In this document: in pieces, positions 46,117 through 53,075 of the stretch | Layout of the letters: each line of letters starts with the position of its first letter | Numbering within the stretch: the stretch's first letter is position 1 | Origin: Armatimonadota bacterium | GTDB taxonomy: Bacteria > Armatimonadota > UBA5829 > DTLH01 | Direction of reading: 5' to 3' | DNA: 53,075 bases | Assembly (NCBI GenBank): GCA_038207085.1 | Contig: JBBRAE010000020.1 | Span: forward strand, 1 to 53,075 | The notes under the pieces: generated by a model | What the model was told of the DNA's origin: nothing | The model's database searches: none | Seen by the model: the letters and a program-made list of their open reading frames with translations, nothing else | Position numbers and translations under genes: made by a program

Positions 46117-48150
46117 CTATTTCGTGCTGTCCCAATCGGCTTCGATCTCTACATAGAGTTCCTGAAGCCCGCGACGGACCGACATTACAACATTTTTCGG
46201 CTTCTGCACTGAAATCTTCTCCATGAGCGCACGAATCTCAACCACGCTGTTGACGGGGACGCCGTCAATACCTGTGATGATATCCCCGGACCTAAGCCTG
46301 CCAAGCGCTGCCCAACCACCCTGGCTCACATCCTCAACCAGGACACCTATAACATCCTTGTCGAGCTTTTCTTCTACCCGGTCGGTAAAGGCGATATCCC
46401 TTACGGTGAACTCAAAGTCGTTGTCCCGGTACTTCTTCATCTCACGAGGCAGAAACGGCGACTGCGGAAGAGTGACTGCCACTTTCACCGGCTGCTTGTT
46501 CCTGATGACCGACAGATTGGCGATCGTTCCGACCTTGTACTGCCTGATCATTGCAGGGAGAACTTCGACGTCTTCGGGCTGGCTTGCCTCGATCGGCTCG
46601 CCGTCCACAGCGACTATCAGGTCACCGACCAGCAGGCCTGCTTTCGTCGCGGCAGAGTTTGGAAACACCTGGGTTACTCGCACGCCGGTCTTGCCGGGCA
46701 CACCGAGTGCCTCAGCGAGGTCGGCTGTCAGCACCTGCATTCCAAGTGGCAGATACGACTTCCTGACCTCTTTGCCGGGGTCTTCGAGGTCCTGCATGCC
46801 CACCTTTACAACCGTAAGCATCCGCTCAGTCTTGCGGTCAAAGGCTACGAGCACCGGTACCGGCTCAGTCTTGCCAAGGGTGCAGGTAGTAGTAATCGCG
46901 GCGAGCTCGGCGATGTCCTTGATGGGCTTGCCGTTCACTTCAACGATGATGTCATCCTCTTCAAGACCTGGCTTTGCGTCAGCGCAGGGTCCGCCCGGCC
47001 TCGTGCTGTAGACAAGCGCGCCGGACTGATTCGCACGCTTCATCTCACGAGCGGCGACAAATGAAATATTGCTGCAGCACATCCCCCACTGCTTGAACTC
47101 CTTGGGTCTGGGTTCAGCTTCGGGCCGCTCAGTCGGAGTGAGCGTCAAAGAGATGTCCTTACCGCCTCGCGAAACGATTACAGCCGACGGTTGGCCGATT
47201 GGAAGCGCGGCGATCATCTGATTGAACTCAGGCAACTGCTCGCTGAACTTCACGACCACATCCGTTCCCGCGACCTTGGTCAAAACATCACCGGGCTTGA
47301 TTCCTGCCGCAAAAGCAGGGGTTCCTGGAATGACGCCGCTTACGAGAACTCCGCGATTTGCATCGGAGCTCTTCAAAAGCGGCTGGACACCTATGCCAAT
47401 CCACGCTCGCCTGACCTTGCCTGAACGAATGAGCTGATCCGCGACACCGCGGGCGATATTTGAGGGAATCGCGCCGCTCAGCCCCATACTGATCTCGTTT
47501 ATGCCGACAATCCTGCCGTCGAGGTTCACAAGCGGACCACCGGAGTTACCGGGAAAAATCGAAGCATCGTGCCCGATCCAGCGGACCATCGAGCCGACAT
47601 CCTCGCCGTCAAGTGTCATCTGGCCTTCCAAATAGTCGGGCATGATCATCTCGACGTTGCTTACGATCCCCTGCGTTACTGACTGCGAGAGCGCACGCGG
47701 GCTTCCCATAGCAAGCACACTGTCCCCAACCCGCAGAGTTGAGGAGTCACCCCACTGCGCAGTCGGAAGATCACGCCCGGCAACACCTCGAAGTTTTATG
47801 ATCGCAATGTCGGTAAGTGGGTCAGTTCCGACGAGATCGGCTTCTATCTGCTCTTTGTTTGCAAGCGTGCAGTAGATAGTCTTGGCCCAGCCGGCGACGT
47901 GGTGGTTGGTGACGATGTGCCCGTCCTTGCTGATGATCACGCCGCTTCCGCTCGATTCACTCTTGACCTCGCGGCCCTCGGTGTAATCGGCCTCGGCAAC
48001 GTGAATGCGTACAAGCGCGGGACGAACAAACGCGATAGCCGCGTCGACCTGACTTCTCTGCCCTGCATCGACAGCAAACCCGGACACGGGCAGCGCAACG
48101 AAACATGCGAACAAAACGGTGCGGAAAACTGGTGTTGGTATAAAAGCCAT
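46117..48150 (-). CDS. HtrA/DegP-like serine protease with multiple PDZ domains
   Basis: SGSGVII..G.IVTNHHV, DIAIIK, GNSGGPL; three to four PDZ-like repeats. Confidence 0.93.
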   Translation of the reverse strand: MAFIPTPVFRTVLFACFVALPVSGFAVDAGQRSQVDAAIAFVRPALVRIHVAEADYTEGREVKSESSGSGVIISKDGHIVTNHHVAGWAKTIYCTLANKEQIEADLVGTDPLTDIAIIKLRGVAGRDLPTAQWGDSSTLRVGDSVLAMGSPRALSQSVTQGIVSNVEMIMPDYLEGQMTLDGEDVGSMVRWIGHDASIFPGNSGGPLVNLDGRIVGINEISMGLSGAIPSNIARGVADQLIRSGKVRRAWIGIGVQPLLKSSDANRGVLVSGVIPGTPAFAAGIKPGDVLTKVAGTDVVVKFSEQLPEFNQMIAALPIGQPSAVIVSRGGKDISLTLTPTERPEAEPRPKEFKQWGMCCSNISFVAAREMKRANQSGALVYSTRPGGPCADAKPGLEEDDIIVEVNGKPIKDIAELAAITTTCTLGKTEPVPVLVAFDRKTERMLTVVKVGMQDLEDPGKEVRKSYLPLGMQVLTADLAEALGVPGKTGVRVTQVFPNSAATKAGLLVGDLIVAVDGEPIEASQPEDVEVLPAMIRQYKVGTIANLSVIRNKQPVKVAVTLPQSPFLPREMKKYRDNDFEFTVRDIAFTDRVEEKLDKDVIGVLVEDVSQGGWAALGRLRSGDIITGIDGVPVNSVVEIRALMEKISVQKPKNVVMSVRRGLQELYVEIEADWDSTK

Positions 48151-48179
48151 AAAAATCAGCCCCTCCTATGATCATTGGT

Positions 48180-48223
48180 GGCGCAGATAGCGCCAGCCTT
48201 TAAGAGACGGCGCTATCTGCGCC
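48180..48223. terminator. hairpin downstream of the ars operon
   Basis: GGCGCAGATAGCGCC-loop-GGCGCTATCTGCGCC. Confidence 0.5.
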
Positions 48224-48303
48224 GTCGAATTGGTGTAGTTCACAGGTAACAATTCTCCGTTGATCACCCACCTTCCTCCAGGCGCGTCGCCGCACCCTGC
48301 CGA

Positions 48304-49008
48304 TTATCTGATTGTGGTGTAGATGAGGTATACGCCGCCGAGGATGACTAGCGCGCCGCAGACTTGTTTCAGGACAGTGACTGCGGAGGAACGCTCGTTC
48401 CAGTTGAGGTAACGCTGCACGAGGCCGGTCGAGCCACCGGCTACGGCGATCACCGCGCAATGGCCGACTCCGTAGGCGAGGAGTAGAGAGGCGGCGTAGA
48501 GCGGCTTTGTCGCGGACAGGCTGAAGGTCACACCCATCACAGGCGCAAGATAGGCGAACGTGCATGGGCCTACCGCGATGCCGAAGACAAGGCCGAGACA
48601 TAGCGCGGCGGCGTAGCCTCGACGAACGGTCTTTACGCCCGCTGGGCCGGAAAAGGGCATCGAAATCAGGCCGAGCAGGTGGAGTCCTATCGCGATAAAT
48701 AGTGCGGCGACCATGTAGCGCCCGTACGGGCCAATGTCGCCGAGCATACGACCAAGCAAGCCGGTGACTATGCCGATCAGGCCGATTGTGACGAGTATGC
48801 CAAGGGCAAACAAGGTCGACAGGCCGAAGGCACGCCGGGGGGTAAGCTTCCCTTGACCGCTGATGAAGCCTACGATCAAGGGAATGCTCGACAGGTGACA
48901 GGGGCTCAGCACAACACTTAGGATACCCCAGGCAAAGGCCGCCGCAATGGCGATCGCGGGCGAACCGGCGACGGCCTCGGTTAGAATCGAGAAAAGTCTC
49001 TCTATCAT
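48304..49008 (-). CDS. CcdA/DsbD-like disulfide exchange membrane protein
   Basis: SPCHL and GPCT motifs, six TM helices. Confidence 0.9.
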   Translation of the reverse strand: MIERLFSILTEAVAGSPAIAIAAAFAWGILSVVLSPCHLSSIPLIVGFISGQGKLTPRRAFGLSTLFALGILVTIGLIGIVTGLLGRMLGDIGPYGRYMVAALFIAIGLHLLGLISMPFSGPAGVKTVRRGYAAALCLGLVFGIAVGPCTFAYLAPVMGVTFSLSATKPLYAASLLLAYGVGHCAVIAVAGGSTGLVQRYLNWNERSSAVTVLKQVCGALVILGGVYLIYTTIR

Positions 49009-49014
49009 GTTGGA

Positions 49015-49461
49015 TTACTTCTTCTTATCCAGGTCATAGCCGCGAGCCTTGAACTGGGCGAGGATGTCCTGCCGGGACATGAATCCTTCGTGACGGTTGA
49101 ACTCCTTGCCTTTAACGTCGTAGAAGATCTGGGTCGGGATAACTCGGATGTTCTGTTTGGAGGCCGCGGCCTCGTCTTTGTTGATGTCGACATAGACGAC
49201 CTGAAGCTTGCCCTTGTAGTCCTTCTCAAGACCCTCGAGCACGGGCTTCATCATCTTGCAGGGGGTACACCAGCCTGCTCCGAAGTCGACGAGCTTGGGC
49301 AGGGGCTTGGCAGCCGGTTTCTTCGGAGGCTTGGCAGGCGCTTTGGCCAATTTTCCCGCAGGAGACTTTGGAGCAGGCTTCTTCGCAGGCGGGCTGCTTG
49401 CGGCAAACGCAACTGATGCGATAATAGCTATCAGCAGGGCGGTCTTTACAAAGAATCGCAT
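49015..49461 (-). CDS. secreted thioredoxin family protein
   Basis: Signal peptide, Pro/Lys linker, DFGAGWCTPC, IPTQIF. Confidence 0.9.
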   Translation of the reverse strand: MRFFVKTALLIAIIASVAFAASSPPAKKPAPKSPAGKLAKAPAKPPKKPAAKPLPKLVDFGAGWCTPCKMMKPVLEGLEKDYKGKLQVVYVDINKDEAAASKQNIRVIPTQIFYDVKGKEFNRHEGFMSRQDILAQFKARGYDLDKKK

Positions 49462-49475
49462 TTGATGGTCCTTTC

Positions 49476-49709
49476 CTATGGAGAGAGCAGCGACGCGATG
49501 TCCTGCACGGTGAGAACCTTACCGACGGACTTTACTTCGCCGTCGATCGCTATTGCCGGGGTCATCATAACGCCGAACTTCATGATCTCGGTGATCTCAG
49601 ACACCTTTTCGACCTCTAAGCCGAGGCCCAGCTCACTTACGGCCTGTTCGGTGTTGGCGATGAGCTGTTTACACTTCGGGCACCCGGTGCCTAGCACTTG
49701 GATTTTCAT
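49476..49709 (-). CDS. small redox-active disulfide protein (thioredoxin-like)
   Basis: MKIQVLGTGCPKC...GVMMTPAIAIDG. Confidence 0.92.
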   Translation of the reverse strand: MKIQVLGTGCPKCKQLIANTEQAVSELGLGLEVEKVSEITEIMKFGVMMTPAIAIDGEVKSVGKVLTVQDIASLLSP

Positions 49710-49730
49710 AGTGTGTTCCTCCATTGGTTT

Positions 49731-50801
49731 TTAGAGAATGGCGTTGAACAGGTAGCCTACGGCCAAGATGCCTGTGGTAACTACGGCTACAAAGACGGCG
49801 ATCAGTTGACGCTTCAGGACCTTTCGCAAGATGATCAACTCGGGCAGAGACAGGCCGATCACCGCCATCATAAAGGCTAGAACTGTGCCAAGCGCTGCGC
49901 CTTTTTCGACGAGTGCATGGACTACGGGAATGACTCCTGCGGCGTTGGAGTACATAGGAACCCCGATGATAACCGCCACAGGGACGCTCCACCAAGTGGA
50001 CTTGCCCATCACTGATGCAAGCACTCCCTCTGGGACGTACCCGTGGATACCCGCGCCGACAGCAATACCGGCAAGGACGTAGGGCCAGACTTTGCCGACG
50101 ATCTCACGCACGGTAATGAGGCCGTAGCCTAGGCGATCAGCCCAAGTGCTATATTGAATTGTATAAGTTTGATCGTCCATTTTTATACCGTAAACCCAGT
50201 CTTCGACGTACCGCTCGAGCTTCAGGCGACCTATCGTCCAACCGGCGAGGATCGAGATAGCGAGGCCGGTAGCTATGTAAATCAGGGCGACTTTGGCTCC
50301 GAACATGCCGAATAGAAGCACTATGGCGACCTCGTTGATCATCGGTGCGGCGATCAGAAACGAGAAGGTTACCCCGAGCGGGATTCCGGCTTCGACGAAC
50401 CCGATAAATAGCGGCACCGCCGAACACGAACAGAAAGGCGTCACTATCCCAAGGCATGCAGCGAAGACGTTTCCAACTGATTCGCGCTTTCCTGCAAGCA
50501 TGGCGCGCGTGCGCTCTGGGGCAAAGAACGACCTCACTACCCCTACGGCGAAGATCACAAGGACTAGGAGCATCAACACCTTTGGGGCCTCAAAGATGAA
50601 GAACTCTACGGATTGGGCGAGACGAGAGGCTTCGGGCAACCCAAACACCCCGTAGGTCAACCACCGCGCAAGGTCGTGCAGATGCGTGTAGATCGCAACC
50701 CATAGAGCGATCCCCAGCGCGATCGTGACGTACAATCTACGGCCAGCAAGCGCGGCGGTTCGAGCGTCGCATGCGTGGGTCTCATGTTCAGAGTTGTTCA
50801 A
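49731..50801 (-). CDS. ArsP/DUF318 family permease (start approximate)
   Basis: TPFCSCSAVP, APMINE, PMYSNA and LSLPE motifs. Confidence 0.9.
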   Translation of the reverse strand: MNNSEHETHACDARTAALAGRRLYVTIALGIALWVAIYTHLHDLARWLTYGVFGLPEASRLAQSVEFFIFEAPKVLMLLVLVIFAVGVVRSFFAPERTRAMLAGKRESVGNVFAACLGIVTPFCSCSAVPLFIGFVEAGIPLGVTFSFLIAAPMINEVAIVLLFGMFGAKVALIYIATGLAISILAGWTIGRLKLERYVEDWVYGIKMDDQTYTIQYSTWADRLGYGLITVREIVGKVWPYVLAGIAVGAGIHGYVPEGVLASVMGKSTWWSVPVAVIIGVPMYSNAAGVIPVVHALVEKGAALGTVLAFMMAVIGLSLPELIILRKVLKRQLIAVFVAVVTTGILAVGYLFNAIL

Positions 50802-50818
50802 GTTAGCTTGCCATTCCT

Positions 50819-50989
50819 TTACATACTGCAACAGCAGGCGCGCGCTTTAGTCGCCCGAATATAGGCGTTTACAGCTGATATGCTCGATCGGAGAGGCGGG
50901 AATCGGACGGGTGAGTACGATGTCGGCGACAATGAGGCGTCCGAGCACCCAGTGCCCGAACAGCTGCACCCACACTTGTTTTCAACCAT
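50819..50989 (-). pseudogene. collapsed arsenite methyltransferase (arsM-like) remnant or Cys-rich mini-protein
   Basis: N-terminal KCGCSCSGTGC, off-frame GRLIVADIVLTRPIP, C-terminal AYIRATKARACCC. Confidence 0.5.
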
Positions 50990-52043
50990 TTCGTGTATCC
51001 TCACCTTTGAAATATCGCTTCTGGAAGAAAAGTGCAACGCCTACCAAGCCGATCAGAGCTGGGACCTCAACAAGAGGCCCGATTACTGCGGCAAACGCCT
51101 GACCGGAGTTGATGCCGAATACTGCGACGGCGACGGCGATCGCAAGCTCAAAGTTGTTGCTCGCCGCAGTGAACGAAAGAGTCGCGGTCTTTGAGTAGTC
51201 AGCGCCGATTCGGTAGCCCATGTAAAAGCTCACCAAGAACATTACTACAAAGTAGATCAGGAGCGGTATGGCTATTCGCACTACGTCAAGGGGGAGCCGA
51301 ACAATGTACTCACCCTTCAGGGAGAACATTACCATAATGGTAAATAGCAGGGCGACCAGTGTGATTGGGCTGATCCTTGGGATGAAGCGTTTCTCATACC
51401 AGTCGCGACCCTTCACCCTCACTCCAACCAGCCTGCTTAGCATACCGGCGATGAATGGTATTCCAAGGTAGACGAAAACGCTTTTTGCGATCTCGCTGAT
51501 TGTGACATGTAAAGCGATCCCTTTGAGGCCAAAGATTGGCGGTAAAACTGTAACAAATATATACACATAGACCGAGAAGAAGAGCACCTGGAAGATCGAG
51601 TTGAAGGCGACAAGGCCTGCGGCGTATTCGGTGTCGCCTTTTGCAAGCTCGTTCCAGACGATTACCATCGCGATGCAGCGGGCAAGGCCTATCATTATAA
51701 GGCCGACCATAAATTCAGGATAGCCGCGCAAGAAGATGATCGCCAGAAAGAACATCAGAACAGGGCCGATTATCCAGTTCTGCACAAGGGACAGTGTGAG
51801 TATCTTCCAGTTACGGAAGACCTCGCCGAGCTCCTCATACTTCACCTTGGCAAGCGGCGGATACATCATGAGTATAAGGCCGATTGCGATCGGGACGTTG
51901 GTTGTGCCGACTGAGAAGCGATTCCAAAAGCCGGGAACGCCGGGCAGGAGATATCCCGCACCAACGCCTATGCCCATCGCGCCAAATATCCAGAGCGTGA
52001 GGTACCTATCTAGAAAAGAGAGCCGTTTCGTTGTCTGATTCAC
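50982..52043 (-). CDS. acr3: ACR3 family arsenite efflux transporter
   Basis: [41 protein letters not shown] and GPLVEVP motifs. Confidence 0.96.
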   Translation of the reverse strand: MNQTTKRLSFLDRYLTLWIFGAMGIGVGAGYLLPGVPGFWNRFSVGTTNVPIAIGLILMMYPPLAKVKYEELGEVFRNWKILTLSLVQNWIIGPVLMFFLAIIFLRGYPEFMVGLIMIGLARCIAMVIVWNELAKGDTEYAAGLVAFNSIFQVLFFSVYVYIFVTVLPPIFGLKGIALHVTISEIAKSVFVYLGIPFIAGMLSRLVGVRVKGRDWYEKRFIPRISPITLVALLFTIMVMFSLKGEYIVRLPLDVVRIAIPLLIYFVVMFLVSFYMGYRIGADYSKTATLSFTAASNNFELAIAVAVAVFGINSGQAFAAVIGPLVEVPALIGLVGVALFFQKRYFKGEDTRNG

Positions 52044-52050
52044 GACTGTA

Positions 52051-52452
52051 TCACTCTGTAGTTAGCTCAGAGATCAGGACTTCGACCCGAGACTTGATGC
52101 TGTCGCGGATCTCACGAACCTTTTCAATCGGCTGGCCTTTGGGGTCTTCGAGGCCCCAGTCTTCACTCGGGACAAACGTCGCGGGACATGTACCGGCATC
52201 GACTCCACAACCCATTGTGATGATCTTGTCGGCGGAGTTGACCATTTCTATAGTCATGACTTTGGGGAAGTGGCCGGACATATCGTAGCCGATCTCCTCC
52301 ATAGCCTCCACTGCAGTGGGATTCAGTGCCCCTCCGGGCTCGGTGCCAGCGGACTCGGCGAGGACTTTCCCCTCCCCCAGCCTCTTTGCAAACGCCTCAG
52401 CCATCTGGCTTCTACCTGAATTATGTATACAGACAAATACAACACGTTTCAT
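52051..52452 (-). CDS. arsC: arsenate reductase (thioredoxin-coupled, LMW-PTP fold)
   Basis: [22 protein letters not shown]...CP and W.LEDP motifs. Confidence 0.92.
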   Translation of the reverse strand: MKRVVFVCIHNSGRSQMAEAFAKRLGEGKVLAESAGTEPGGALNPTAVEAMEEIGYDMSGHFPKVMTIEMVNSADKIITMGCGVDAGTCPATFVPSEDWGLEDPKGQPIEKVREIRDSIKSRVEVLISELTTE

Positions 52453-52757
52453 CAGCAGCAATCTCCATTCTTTACCGCGCCTGCCTTTGCGGCGGCAGAT
52501 AGACTCTTTAGAAATGCCAGAGGACCCTCATCAAGCGCCTCTGGGACAAGTGAATAGTGGACCCACTGGCCCTCTTTTCGCCCACGGATTAACCCCGCGT
52601 ACCGGAGCTTTGCGAGGTGGTGCGAGACCGCGGGCTGGCCCACATCGAGCTCATCCACGATCTTGCAGACGCACAACTCGCCGGCCTCGGCAATCATACT
52701 AACGATTTTCAGCCTGGCCGGATCGCCAAGCGCTTTAAAGACTTCTGATATATCCAT
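52452..52757 (-). CDS. arsR: ArsR/SmtB family repressor
   Basis: FKALGDPARL, ELCVC, QPAVSHHL and EGQWVHYSL motifs; C-terminal CC. Confidence 0.95.
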   Translation of the reverse strand: MDISEVFKALGDPARLKIVSMIAEAGELCVCKIVDELDVGQPAVSHHLAKLRYAGLIRGRKEGQWVHYSLVPEALDEGPLAFLKSLSAAAKAGAVKNGDCC

Positions 52758-52812
52758 ACATCACCATATGTTAATATATCAATATGATATCGCACAACCA
52801 GGCTGATGTCAA
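52758..52812 (-). promoter_or_regulatory. arsR promoter and probable ArsR operator
   Basis: TTGACA-N17-TATCAT (52812-52784); imperfect IR ATATTAA-N6-GTGATGT (52777-52758) directly before the ATG. Confidence 0.65.
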
Positions 52813-52847
52813 TACAAAAGTATATTCAAAAAAGTTGAAGATAGTTG

Positions 52848-53030
52848 TTGACATGTGGGGATTAGTCTGATAATATATACCTCGTCGCCGGGAGCAATCC
52901 TGACGAGCAAAACCCTTGAAGCAAACAAGCTTGAAAAAAGATGTTGACAAGGGAATACGGATATGGTAACATAATCCTTGTGCCCGAGACGATAGTCTTC
53001 GGGTGGAGAACCTTGAAAACTGGATAGTGA
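52848..53030 (+). promoter_or_regulatory. tandem P1/P2 promoters and boxA-like leader of a probable rRNA operon (16S expected beyond the window)
   Basis: TTGACA-N17-TAATAT (52848-52876) and TTGACA-N17-TAACAT (52944-52972), A-tract UP elements, ACCTTGAAAACTG boxA-like motif. Confidence 0.75.
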
Positions 53031-53075
53031 GAGCGAGGTAAGGATAGAGTTTCAATCCTTGTATTGATTGATATC

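Noticed and set aside
52771..53055. 94-aa minus-strand ORF at the right edge
   Set aside because: It overlaps rRNA-type tandem promoters and the boxA leader and has non-coding composition.

Overview
Bacterial chromosomal window of about 57-60% GC (estimated by eye). Armatimonadota is the likely source, inferred from PEP-CTERM tails, a characteristic secreted OB-fold repeat protein and Firmicutes-like rpiB-glyA-comEB-tagO-wecB synteny. Most of the window is housekeeping: split class I fumarase plus sdhCDAB, ispE, a four-tRNA operon, rho, radical SAM-rng-rplU-rpmA, rpiB/glyA/wecB/uppP, queG, an HtrA protease, an arsenic-resistance operon and the promoter/leader of an rRNA operon at the right edge. 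The most notable observation is a three-gene operon encoding a circularly permuted/GspS-like ATP-grasp ligase, a short KamA-type aminomutase and a glutaredoxin. It is insulated by a strong terminator and preceded by a SigB-like promoter (GTTTRR-N14-GGGTAA). The same motif recurs upstream of a PAS-PAS-anti-sigma-kinase-like gene and of a candidate sRNA next to a BON-domain gene. Also notable are a coupled DUF488-DUF488-dual-OB-TPR operon at the left edge (possible conflict/repair system), a collapsed arsM remnant, an IS3 relic that truncates a PEP-CTERM gene, a pseudo-protease/HtrA pair and several palindromic repeat families. All calls come from reading motifs by eye; no database searches were run.
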